DNA from: Bacillota bacterium
GTDB taxonomy: Bacteria > Bacillota > Clostridia > Christensenellales > CAG-138
Assembly (NCBI GenBank): GCA_023399275.1
Contig: JAEWQH010000052.1
Coordinates: forward strand, 1 to 63,839
Reading direction: 5' to 3'
Length of the DNA stretch: 63,839 nt
Below, in pieces: positions 8,901 to 17,917 of the stretch; positions within the stretch are counted from its first letter, which is position 1, and every line of letters begins with the position of its first letter. The translations under genes and the position numbers were made by a program. The notes beneath the pieces were generated by a model that was given only the letters and a program-made list of their open reading frames with translations, did not search any database and was not told the origin of the DNA.

Positions 8901-9989
8901 TTATGATAGCGTTTTATCCGCCGGAGCCTGTGTGAGAAAATCACGGATGCCCGCGTCCTCCAGCAGCTTCCGCTCGCCGAAGCGGTCTCCGAAGCGCTCG
9001 CTACCGACAAAGCGGTAGCCGTAGCGGTCCAGCACCGGCGAATAGGTCACCACCTCGAGCGTGTCCGCCGGCGGATCAAAGCGCAGCAGCCGCAGGATGC
9101 CTACGCCGTTTTCCGCGTCCTCCTGCACGTTCATCAGCATCTGGTGGACGATCCGGTCGGGTGCGCCATCCGCGTCGTCATCCAGTGTCTCCGGCCAGTA
9201 AGCCGTGCCGCGCTCATGGCCGCAGAGCACCAGACGGACATTGGGAGATTGCTTTACTACGCGCTCGACCAACCGCCTGCCGACGGAGGTATACCCGCCG
9301 AGGCTCAGATAGGAGTGCAGGCAGAGGATCGCATAGTGATCGGCATACTGCCGGCAGATCTCGTTGATCCAGTCCGCGGCGTCCACCTCGAAGCCATAGG
9401 AGAGCGAAAACACGATGACCGGAACGCCGCCGGCGGTAAACGTCATGTAGTATACATACCCGTTCCCGTTAAACGCGTTGGCCGGCAGATAGTCCGTATC
9501 CGGCCGGTAGTCGAGATACGGCGTGCCGGGGTCGTAGTCCGGCAGCTGGTCGTGGTTCCCTGCAACGGTCAGGATATGCATCCCCTCCGGCAGTCGGGCA
9601 AAGGCAGCCACGCTGTTTTGCCACTCATACGCGCGAAACGCATTGTAGACGATATCCCCCGTGTGCACGGCCAGCACCGTGTTATACTCCCGCTGCGTAT
9701 CGCTGATCCACTGCGTCATGGTGCCAAACACGCCGTTGTCCGCCGCAGTATAGGCCTGCGTGTCGCCCATCCATGCGATAGAAAACGGCTCTGCTACCGG
9801 GGTCGCCTCCGGAGTCAGCATCGGGGTCAGCGTCGGTTTCGGTGTCGGCGCCGGCTGCCGCGCGGTCTGCGGCGCGGGCTCCGTTTGCACAGGCAAAGCG
9901 GACGCGGCGCTCCGCCGCGCGCAGCCAACCGGCAGCGCCGCCATCGCGGCTGCGGCACAGAGTGCAAGTAAACGTTTGATCATACGCAT
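8901..9989 (-). CDS. metallophosphoesterase lipoprotein (calcineurin-like)
   Basis: Motifs GDTQ, HTGDIV, AGNHD and CGHERG. Start trimmed to MRMIKRLLALCAAAAMAALPVGC, a lipoprotein-type signal. Confidence 0.8.
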   Translation of the reverse strand: MRMIKRLLALCAAAAMAALPVGCARRSAASALPVQTEPAPQTARQPAPTPKPTLTPMLTPEATPVAEPFSIAWMGDTQAYTAADNGVFGTMTQWISDTQREYNTVLAVHTGDIVYNAFRAYEWQNSVAAFARLPEGMHILTVAGNHDQLPDYDPGTPYLDYRPDTDYLPANAFNGNGYVYYMTFTAGGVPVIVFSLSYGFEVDAADWINEICRQYADHYAILCLHSYLSLGGYTSVGRRLVERVVKQSPNVRLVLCGHERGTAYWPETLDDDADGAPDRIVHQMLMNVQEDAENGVGILRLLRFDPPADTLEVVTYSPVLDRYGYRFVGSERFGDRFGERKLLEDAGIRDFLTQAPADKTLS

Positions 9990-10089
9990 GCGGTTCAGGC
10001 GGTGTCCTTCCGTATCCATGGGCGCTGCGGCTAACGCCGCACAGGCCATATCTGCTGTTATCTTACCACCCACACGCGTCCGCGTCCAG

Positions 10090-10118
10090 TTGTATGCACG
10101 GTGAAATCGTGCTAGAAT
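10090..10118 (+). promoter_or_regulatory. sigma-A-type promoter; predicted leaderless transcript for the alkaline phosphatase gene
   Basis: TTGTAT-17 nt-TAGAAT with a TGc extended -10. The ATG at 10125 lies only 6 nt after the -10 box and has no SD. Confidence 0.45.
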
Positions 10119-10124
10119 TACATT

Positions 10125-11555
10125 ATGGCTATCTGTATTCGGCAAAAACGAATCGCCCTTGCGCTGCTTGCACCGCTGCTGGTATTCGCCTGCCTCGGAT
10201 GCGGGCGCGAAGCAGCGCCTGCCGAAACGCCAACGCCGGAGCAGGTCGTCATCGTGATGAATACGCCCGCCCCGCAGAGCCAGCCGACGCCGCTGCCACA
10301 GCCGAAGCTGAAATATGTCTTCCTACTGATCGGAGACGGCATGGGCTATGCACAGGTGCAGGCGGCCGAGGAAGCGCTGGCCGCGGACGGCCGCGAGCCG
10401 CTCTGCTTCACCGGCTTTCCCGTGCAAGCCGCCGTCCACACCGGCAACGTCAGCGGCGAGGTGACCGATTCCGCCGCAGCCGCAACGGCGATCTCAACAG
10501 GGCAAAAGACCGTCAATAGCTATCTCGGACTGGATCAGGATAAAAACCGAATCGAAACCATTGCGGAAACGCTGCGCGACGCAGGACGGAAGGTCGGCAT
10601 TTTGACCACCGTCTCTCTGGATCACGCCACGCCCGCCGGGTTTTACGCGCATGTGGACTCCCGCCGCAGCTATGCCACGATTGCGGACGACCTCTTTGCC
10701 AGCGGGCTCGACTTCTTCGCAGGCGGCGGCTTTCATAGCACGCCGGATGCGCCGGAGTACGCCGCGGAAAACGGCTATACGCTGATCCACTCGTTTGAAG
10801 AGGCGCCCGTGGATACGGCGGGCAGGCTCATCCTCTCCTCCACGCTCATCTTTGGCGACTACGGCGTGCTGCCCGCCATAGACGGCGGCGCGCGCACGGA
10901 CTGGCTCAAGAAGGCAACGGAGCTTGCCATCTCGCGTTTGACAGGTCCGGAAGGGTTTTTTATGATGGTCGAGGGCGGCCGGATCGACTACTTCTGCCAC
11001 TACAACGACGCGGGCTCGTTTGTAGCCGAACTGCTCGACTTCGACCGGGCGGTGCAGAGCGCGCTGGCGTTCTACGAAGAGCATCCGCAGGAGACGCTCA
11101 TACTCGTCACCGCCGACCACGAAACGGGCGATGTTTCGCTGGCCGACGGGGATCGCACCGCGCTGCTGCGCCAGAGCGTCTCGGGCGATATCTGCGACGA
11201 CACGCTCGTGGCCCAGTGCCTGGCCGATAAGACGTCCTTCGACGAGGCGCTGCCGCTCTTTGCCTCGGCCTTCGGTTTGGAGAACCTGACCGGCGAGGAG
11301 ACCGCTGCGCTCAAAACCGCCTACTACAAAACCTTTTCGGGCGATACGTCCGGCGTTTACGAGGCGATCACCACGGCCTGCCTCCGGCTGGTCGAGGTGC
11401 GCTCCGGCGTCCGGTTCGGCTCCGGCGGGCACACCGGCAAAGACGTGCCGCTCTTTGCGCTCGGCGTCGGCTCCGAGTTTTTCGCCGGAACATACGAAAA
11501 CACCAATATCCACGACGCGATCCTGCAGGCGCTCGCCGCCTACCCCATCGGCTGA
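10125..11555 (+). CDS. alkaline phosphatase (PhoA family), lipoprotein
   Basis: Motifs GDGMGYAQ, the active-site TDSAAAATAISTG, DHATPAGF, VEGGRIDYFCH, TADHETG and GGHTG. Signal peptide ends in a Cys-containing lipobox-like LVFACLGC. Confidence 0.9.
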   Translation: MAICIRQKRIALALLAPLLVFACLGCGREAAPAETPTPEQVVIVMNTPAPQSQPTPLPQPKLKYVFLLIGDGMGYAQVQAAEEALAADGREPLCFTGFPVQAAVHTGNVSGEVTDSAAAATAISTGQKTVNSYLGLDQDKNRIETIAETLRDAGRKVGILTTVSLDHATPAGFYAHVDSRRSYATIADDLFASGLDFFAGGGFHSTPDAPEYAAENGYTLIHSFEEAPVDTAGRLILSSTLIFGDYGVLPAIDGGARTDWLKKATELAISRLTGPEGFFMMVEGGRIDYFCHYNDAGSFVAELLDFDRAVQSALAFYEEHPQETLILVTADHETGDVSLADGDRTALLRQSVSGDICDDTLVAQCLADKTSFDEALPLFASAFGLENLTGEETAALKTAYYKTFSGDTSGVYEAITTACLRLVEVRSGVRFGSGGHTGKDVPLFALGVGSEFFAGTYENTNIHDAILQALAAYPIG

Positions 11556-11618
11556 ACGGCAGCGGCGCTTGCGCGCGTCTCATTTGGCAAACAATCCAGC
11601 ACGGAAAGGACAATCTAC

Positions 11619-13235
11619 ATGAAAATCACCTTTATCGGCGCGGTTCACGAGGTGACCGGCAGCTGCACCTATCTGGAGATCTGCGGCAAGCGGATCCTCG
11701 TGGACTACGGCATGGAGCAGGGGAAAAACTTCTATCAAAACGCGCCCCTGCCGGCCCTGCCGGGCGAGATCGACGCTGTGCTGCTCACGCACGCGCATAT
11801 CGACCACTCGGGCCTGCTCCCCCTTCTGTACAAAAACGGATTCCGCGGGCCCGTACACGCCACAAAGCCAACCTTCAGCCTCTGCAGCATCATGCTGCGC
11901 GACAGCGCGCACATTCAGGAATTTGAAGCCGAGTGGCGCAACCGTAAAGGTGAGCGCAGCGGCGAGCCGGCATATATTCCGCTCTACACCATGGAGCACG
12001 CCGACGGCATCCTCAAGCAGTTTGTTCCGCATCATTACGACGAGAAGTTTACGCTTTTCGACGGCATCGAGGTGCGCTTTACCGACGCGGGGCACCTGCT
12101 CGGCTCCTCCTACATCGAGATCTGGATCGATGAAGACGGCGAGCGCAGGAAGTTTGTGTTCTCCGGCGACATCGGCAACGTCAACCAGCCGCTGCTGCGC
12201 GATCCGTCGCTCGTAGACGAAGCGGACTACATCATGGTGGAGTCCACCTACGGCGATCGTATCCACGACGCCCCGCCGGACTACGCGCGGGCGCTGGCCG
12301 ATGTGCTGCAGGCCACGTTTGACCGCGGCGGCAGCGTGATCGTCCCTTCCTTCGCGGTCGGGCGCACGCAGGAGCTCCTCTACTTCATCCGCCATATCAA
12401 GGACGAGGGGCTGCTGCGCGGCCACAAAGGCTTCCCCGTATTTGTGGACAGCCCGCTGGCGAGCTCCGCCACGCGCGTCTACCTCGAAAACGCGGAGTTT
12501 TGCTACGACGACGAGGCGCGCTCGTTTATCGAGCGGGGCGTCAACCCGCTCGGATTCGACGGTCTGACCATCACGCAGTCCAGCGACGAGTCGAAGGCGA
12601 TCAATACGGATACCCGCCCAAAGGTGATCCTCTCCGCCAGCGGCATGTGCGAGGCGGGTCGCATCAAGCATCATCTCAAGCATGGGCTTTGGAACGCGAA
12701 CAACACCGTCCTCTTCGTCGGCTTCCAGTCCCCGGGTACGCTCGGGCGCGCGCTGCTCGACGGGGCAAAGAAGGTAAAGCTCTTTGGCGAGAGCATCCGC
12801 GTCAACGCCGAAATCCGGCAGCTGCCCGGCATCAGCGGGCACGGCGACTCCAATATGCTCATCAAGTGGGCGACGCATTTCTCGCCCAAGCCGCGCCGCG
12901 TATTCGTCAACCACGGCGAGAGCGAGGTTTGCGACCTCTTCACCGCAAGGCTCAGGGATGAGTTTGGCCTCGACGCCACCTCCCCCTACAGCGGCTCGGT
13001 CTACGACCTGGTGAAAAACGAGTATGTCTTCGAAGCGAAGCCGGAGCCGCTCACCAAGCGCGCAAAGGAGCCTGCCGCGCAGGAGCGCACGCAGGATTCC
13101 CCCTACAAGCAGCTGCTCTCTGCGCTGGAGCGCCTCGTCGAGCTCGTTCGCCAGAGCAAGGGCCGCAGCAACCGCGAGCTGCGCAGCGTCGCCGGCCAGA
13201 TCAACGCCATCAGCGATGCGTGGGAGCGCGAGTAG
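11619..13235 (+). CDS. MBL-fold beta-CASP hydrolase (RNA-metabolising metallo-beta-lactamase family)
   Basis: LLTHAHIDHSG zinc motif. Beta-CASP-type architecture (SGD..., ESTYG, ...GHGD) at 538 aa. Confidence 0.8.
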   Translation: MKITFIGAVHEVTGSCTYLEICGKRILVDYGMEQGKNFYQNAPLPALPGEIDAVLLTHAHIDHSGLLPLLYKNGFRGPVHATKPTFSLCSIMLRDSAHIQEFEAEWRNRKGERSGEPAYIPLYTMEHADGILKQFVPHHYDEKFTLFDGIEVRFTDAGHLLGSSYIEIWIDEDGERRKFVFSGDIGNVNQPLLRDPSLVDEADYIMVESTYGDRIHDAPPDYARALADVLQATFDRGGSVIVPSFAVGRTQELLYFIRHIKDEGLLRGHKGFPVFVDSPLASSATRVYLENAEFCYDDEARSFIERGVNPLGFDGLTITQSSDESKAINTDTRPKVILSASGMCEAGRIKHHLKHGLWNANNTVLFVGFQSPGTLGRALLDGAKKVKLFGESIRVNAEIRQLPGISGHGDSNMLIKWATHFSPKPRRVFVNHGESEVCDLFTARLRDEFGLDATSPYSGSVYDLVKNEYVFEAKPEPLTKRAKEPAAQERTQDSPYKQLLSALERLVELVRQSKGRSNRELRSVAGQINAISDAWERE

Positions 13236-13270
13236 CCTCCCGCCGCATCCCAACCAACTCCATACAAAAG

Positions 13271-13312
13271 AGCATCCCGCGGGGCCGTCCTCCGCGGGAT
13301 GCTGTTCGTTTT
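13271..13312. terminator. bidirectional terminator between convergent genes
   Basis: 12-bp stem AGCATCCCGCGG / CCGCGGGATGCT followed by GTTCGTTTT. Confidence 0.6.
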
Positions 13313-13359
13313 GCCATTGTTCCGGTGGATCAGGCAACCGGGTCACTCTCCCAGCGCGG

Positions 13360-14955
13360 TCAGTGCAGCAGCAGAAGCCGCCGTTCACCGCTGCGCATGA
13401 GAGATGCCCACATCCAGACTGTAGCGCCGACGAGGACGGCAAGCATAATCGGCGCGACCAGCGCGCTGCCGGTCAGCCCGGCGATGATCGCCGGCGCGAA
13501 GCCCGCTGCCATGCCCGCGAATACGGATACCATCGTGGCGCCGCCCTGCTTGATCGCCTCCGCCTCGCTCTGCCAGTCCAGCCGCGGCATGCGGATATTC
13601 ACCCACAGCCCCAGAACGCCAAACGCAACCGAGTAGGCAAGCGGCAGCAGATATATCCACACCGCGTCCGCCAGCCCCGGCTTGAGGCCGGCGATGACCA
13701 ACGTGCCCGTGATGACGATGCTCGGAATCGAGAGCATCAGCGTGACCTTGAGCTTTGCCAAAAGCCACTCACGCGCAGAGACGGGCATGCTTTTGATGAT
13801 CCAGAGCGATTTGCCCTCCATTGAGATCGCACTCGAAGTCGCAGCGCCGAGCGAAACCATCCACCCGAGCGCAAAGGGCACGAGCGCAACGAGCGACGGT
13901 GCCTCCGGCATCTCGAGAAACTGCAGCACCTCGTCCGCCTTGACCAGCAGCGCAACGCCTGCGACGATCATCATCGCATAGCCAAAAGCGGTGTTCACCA
14001 CATAGAGGCTGGAGCTGAAGTAGCGTACCCGCTCGCGCTTAAACAGCGCGGCCGCCTGGGTGGAGTGCGCCTGCCGCTTCATGACGAAGGTTTCGCCGCG
14101 CGGCTTGCTCTTGATGCGCGAGTTGACCGCGGTGAAATTCTTCCCCAGCCAGAAGATCAGCAAGCCCACCGAACCCGCCGTGAGGAGCAGAAGCCACAGC
14201 GCGGACAGGGCGGAGCCCTGCGAAAGCGCATCCTGAAACCACTGCGCAGGCGGATACATGCCCTCTATCATCGGGCGCAGCATCTCGGCCAGCCCGGCGA
14301 TCTGGGCCGGGTCGTCAAACGCCATGCCGCTGCGCATGGAGACCGCCATCAGCCCGAACACCAGCACCATCTGCGCGGCAACACTCACAAGGCTGTTGCG
14401 CTTCATCCGCGCGGTCAGCACCGTCAGCAGCGTGCCCAGCAGCGCGCCGACGATGGTCGGCAGCGCGGGAACGAGCAGGATCAGCACCAGATACAGCGGA
14501 TAGTACCACAGCGCGGGAGCCGCCATGATCGCGTAGATCACCCCCGCGGGCGCAAGCAGCAAAAACGCATAGACGAAGTTGTACGCGTACATGCCGAGCA
14601 CCCGGCTCGCCGCTACGGCGCGCACGTCCACCGGCCAGCTCATGACGATATCATAGTCGCCAAAGCCGAAGAGCACGCCCTTGGTCTCGAAGATCGAAAA
14701 CACCAGGATCAGCGCACTCGCCGCCAACGCCATGATGCCCAGGAGCGTCGGCAGCGCGTTAAACTGCGCAAACGCGCTAGCAAGCATATAGCTGTAGAGC
14801 ACGGAGATGTAGCCAAGCGCAAACACCATGGCCACCAGGCCGCCCAGCGCGCGCTTGCCCTGCTTTTTTTCCTCTTCGTTCTTCATGTGCAGGATCTTGT
14901 TGATCCCGAAGAGGGAGCTCAACTGGAGCTTTGCCAATATCCAAAATTCACGCAT
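13360..14955 (-). CDS. ABC exporter permease (putative-ABC-exporter type polytopic membrane protein)
   Basis: 531 aa with more than 10 predicted TM helices. Overlaps the upstream ATPase gene by 8 nt. Confidence 0.7.
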   Translation of the reverse strand: MREFWILAKLQLSSLFGINKILHMKNEEEKKQGKRALGGLVAMVFALGYISVLYSYMLASAFAQFNALPTLLGIMALAASALILVFSIFETKGVLFGFGDYDIVMSWPVDVRAVAASRVLGMYAYNFVYAFLLLAPAGVIYAIMAAPALWYYPLYLVLILLVPALPTIVGALLGTLLTVLTARMKRNSLVSVAAQMVLVFGLMAVSMRSGMAFDDPAQIAGLAEMLRPMIEGMYPPAQWFQDALSQGSALSALWLLLLTAGSVGLLIFWLGKNFTAVNSRIKSKPRGETFVMKRQAHSTQAAALFKRERVRYFSSSLYVVNTAFGYAMMIVAGVALLVKADEVLQFLEMPEAPSLVALVPFALGWMVSLGAATSSAISMEGKSLWIIKSMPVSAREWLLAKLKVTLMLSIPSIVITGTLVIAGLKPGLADAVWIYLLPLAYSVAFGVLGLWVNIRMPRLDWQSEAEAIKQGGATMVSVFAGMAAGFAPAIIAGLTGSALVAPIMLAVLVGATVWMWASLMRSGERRLLLLH

Positions 14956-15661
14956 GGTCGGTCAACTCCAAAAACAGGGTCTCGAGCGATTCGTCGCCCT
15001 TGACCTGATCCATGTCCCCCGCGGCGATCAGTCTGCCGTCCTTGATGATGGCGATCTTGTTGCAGAGCTTCTCCGCCACCTCGAGCACATGCGTCGAGAA
15101 GAAAATCGCGCCGCCCTCCGCGCAGATCTGCGCCATGATGCTCTTGAGCGTATGCGCCGCCTTTGGGTCGAGGCCGACGAACGGCTCGTCCAGCAGCATG
15201 AGCTTCGGGTTATGGATCAGCGCAGAGATCACCGCGATCTTCTGCTTCATGCCGTGGGAGCAGCTGCCGATGAGGTCGTTGAGCCGCGGCGTCATCTCAA
15301 ACGCGTCCGCATACCGCTTGATGCGCTCGTCGCGCTCCGCGGCGCTCACGCCGTAAATATCCGCGACGAAGTTGAGGTACTGGATGCCGGTCAGGTGCTC
15401 GTAGAGGTCCGGGTTATCCGGAATATACGCCATCACCCGCTTGCAGGCGATCGGCTCCTCAGCGATGCTCACGCCGTCTACGCGGATGGTGCCGCTGTCA
15501 AACGAGAGGATGCCGGCCACCGCGCGCAGCGTCGTGGTCTTGCCTGCGCCGTTGTGGCCGATGAAACCGTAGATGTCCCCCGGCATGACGGAAAGCGACA
15601 GATCGTCCACGGCTTTGACGCCGCCGCCGTAGGATTTGGTTAGGTGTTCGATGGTCAACAT
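14948..15661 (-). CDS. ABC transporter ATP-binding protein
   Basis: Walker A GHNGAGKTT, signature-like SHGMKQK, Walker B LMLLDEP. Confidence 0.9.
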   Translation of the reverse strand: MLTIEHLTKSYGGGVKAVDDLSLSVMPGDIYGFIGHNGAGKTTTLRAVAGILSFDSGTIRVDGVSIAEEPIACKRVMAYIPDNPDLYEHLTGIQYLNFVADIYGVSAAERDERIKRYADAFEMTPRLNDLIGSCSHGMKQKIAVISALIHNPKLMLLDEPFVGLDPKAAHTLKSIMAQICAEGGAIFFSTHVLEVAEKLCNKIAIIKDGRLIAAGDMDQVKGDESLETLFLELTDHA

Positions 15662-15832
15662 GGTTATTCTCCTTGCGTCCCCCCCCGGTCGCGCAGAAAA
15701 GCAGCCGCTTCTGGGGTATATTCACCAGTATTTTACCACATCGCCCCGGCGCGCCCGATCGATTGCGTGCTATTATGTTTAATTTCACATTTATGTTACG
15801 ATCTCGTTTTCTTGCGCGCCGGTCCGGCGCGA

Positions 15833-15861
15833 TTGACAGACCACCGCCGATTGCATAAAAT
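15833..15861 (+). promoter_or_regulatory. sigma-A-type promoter for nadE
   Basis: TTGACA-17 nt-TAAAAT, about 85 nt upstream of ATG 15945. Confidence 0.5.
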
Positions 15862-15944
15862 GAGCGTAAGAAAATGCCCGCCGTCTTGCGGCGCAGTAGA
15901 TTCGAACAGAACGCATATCAATCCGAACGGAGAAGCAAACACAC

Positions 15945-17831
15945 ATGAAGGACGGCTTTGTCAAAGTCGCGGCCGGCACACCGGAGATTCAGGTTGCCGA
16001 CTGCGCGTACAACGCGGATGCGATCATCGCGCTGATCCGGCGCGCGGAGGCGGACGGGGTCAAGGTGCTGGTGCTGCCGGAGCTGACCATCGTGGGCTAT
16101 ACCTGCGGGGACCTCGTGCTTAGCACTGCGCTGACGAACGCCGCCATGCGCGCGCTCGAGCGCATCACGCGCGAAACCACGGGCAGCGATATGCTCGTGG
16201 CCGTCGGGGTTCCGATCGTGTTCGGCCACCTGCTCTACAACTGCGCGGCAATGCTGCAAAACGGGCGCGTGCTCGGCGTCATCCCCAAGACGCACCTGGG
16301 CAACTACGGTGAATTTTACGAAAAGCGCACCTATGCCGCCGCGCTGGAGACCATCGAGGAGATAGAGCTCTTCGGGCAGAAGGCGCCGTTTGGCAACCGC
16401 CTCGTGTTCTGCTGCCGCGAGATGCCGCTCTTCAACGTCGGCGTGGAGATCTGCGAAGACCTCTGGGCCGCCGTTCCGCCCTCCACCCTGCTTGCAGATT
16501 GCGGCGCAAGCATCCTGCTCAACCTCAGCGCGAGCGACGAAGCGGTCACAAAAGTGAACTATCGCCGCCTGCTCGTTCAATCCCAAAGCTCGCGCACCAA
16601 CTCCGCCTATGTCTTTTGCAGCGCGGGTACGGGCGAGAGCACCACGGACGTCGTCTTCTCCGGCCACGACATGATCTGCGAAAACGGCGTCTTCCTCGCG
16701 GAGGCGGAGCCGTTCGGCGCGGGCTACTGCGTCAGCGAGGTCGATCTGGAGTTTCTCTCGCGCGAGCGCAGGCGCTTTGCGCGAAAGCTATTCGACAACT
16801 CGGACATCGTTCGCATTCCGTTCTCGATGGATGTGACTAAGACCAAGCTCACGCGCACTTTCTGGAAAACGCCATTCATCCCGGATGCAAGCGCGAGCGC
16901 GGCCGAGCGGTTTGAGCAGGTGCTCGCCATCCAGAGCCATGGCCTGCGCCAGCGCATCCGGCACACCGGCGCAAAAAAGCTGCTCATCGGCGTCTCCGGC
17001 GGCGTGGACTCCACCCTCGCACTCATCGTGAGCAAGCAGGCGCTCGCGCTCCTGCACCGCCCGGCGGAGGACGTCGTGGCGGTGACGATGCCGTGCTTCG
17101 GCACGAGCGGGCGCACGCGCGCCAACGCCGAGAAGCTTTGCGATGCGCTCGGCATCTCCATGCGCGAGATCGACATCGGCCAGAGCGTGAAGAAGCACCT
17201 GGAGGACATCGGCCATTCCATGGATGTGCACGATGCGGCTTATGAAAACGCACAGGCGCGCGAGCGCACGCAAGTGCTGATGGACCTGGCGAATATGCAC
17301 GGGGGGCTCGTCGTCGGCACGGGCGATCTGAGCGAGCTCGCCCTCGGGTTTGCAACGTTCAACGGCGACCACATGTCCAACTACGGCGTCAACGCGGATG
17401 TGCCCAAGACGCTGATCCGCGCCATGCTGCGCTATCTCGCGCATCAACACGGCGGCGCGCTCGAGGAGGTGCTGCTCGACATCGTGGATACCCCCGTCAG
17501 CCCCGAGCTGCTGCCGACGAAAAACGGCGAGATCGCGCAGGTGACGGAGGACATCGTCGGCCCCTACGAGCTGCACGACTTCTACCTCTACCACCTGCTG
17601 CGCCGCGGCGCGGGTAAGGACAAGATCCTCCGTCTGGCAAAGTACGCATTCGACGGAGACTATGACGACGCGACCATAGGAAAATGGTATGCGCTGTTCA
17701 TCCGCCGCTTCTTTGCGCAGCAGTTCAAGCGCAACTGCATCCCGGACGGGCCGCGCATCGGCAACGTCGCCCTCTCCCCGCGCGGGGACTGGCGCATGCC
17801 CAGCGACGCGCAGCCGGACGCGTTTGCGTAA
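15945..17831 (+). CDS. nadE: glutamine-dependent NAD+ synthetase
   Basis: N-terminal CN-hydrolase domain (VLVLPEL, CED) plus a C-terminal synthetase domain with the GVSGGVDS PP-loop. Confidence 0.9.
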   Translation: MKDGFVKVAAGTPEIQVADCAYNADAIIALIRRAEADGVKVLVLPELTIVGYTCGDLVLSTALTNAAMRALERITRETTGSDMLVAVGVPIVFGHLLYNCAAMLQNGRVLGVIPKTHLGNYGEFYEKRTYAAALETIEEIELFGQKAPFGNRLVFCCREMPLFNVGVEICEDLWAAVPPSTLLADCGASILLNLSASDEAVTKVNYRRLLVQSQSSRTNSAYVFCSAGTGESTTDVVFSGHDMICENGVFLAEAEPFGAGYCVSEVDLEFLSRERRRFARKLFDNSDIVRIPFSMDVTKTKLTRTFWKTPFIPDASASAAERFEQVLAIQSHGLRQRIRHTGAKKLLIGVSGGVDSTLALIVSKQALALLHRPAEDVVAVTMPCFGTSGRTRANAEKLCDALGISMREIDIGQSVKKHLEDIGHSMDVHDAAYENAQARERTQVLMDLANMHGGLVVGTGDLSELALGFATFNGDHMSNYGVNADVPKTLIRAMLRYLAHQHGGALEEVLLDIVDTPVSPELLPTKNGEIAQVTEDIVGPYELHDFYLYHLLRRGAGKDKILRLAKYAFDGDYDDATIGKWYALFIRRFFAQQFKRNCIPDGPRIGNVALSPRGDWRMPSDAQPDAFA

Positions 17832-17854
17832 GCATTTGCTCCCTAAATCAAAAA

Positions 17855-17881
17855 GCCGTCCCGTGCAAACGGGCGGCTTTT
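17855..17881. terminator. bidirectional terminator between nadE and hflX
   Basis: AAAA-GCCGTCCCG-tgcaaa-CGGGCGGC-TTTT. Confidence 0.6.
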
Positions 17882-17917
17882 GCGTTGCCTTTGTATGGCG
17901 TTTTGTCTGGCGTTTTC

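Noticed and set aside
11580-13442. Very long ORFs antisense to clearly real genes. Examples: 11580-13442 (620 aa), 17684-19849 (721 aa), 20537-21835, 26864-28972 (702 aa), 31621-32943, 38602-39975, 43190-45172 (660 aa), 45939-47447 and 47779-49731 (650 aa).
   Set aside because: Each lies opposite a gene with strong family motifs. Their products are Arg/Ala/Gly/His-rich low-complexity sequences without SDs or recognisable domains. Stop-free antisense frames are the expected by-product of GC3-rich codon usage.
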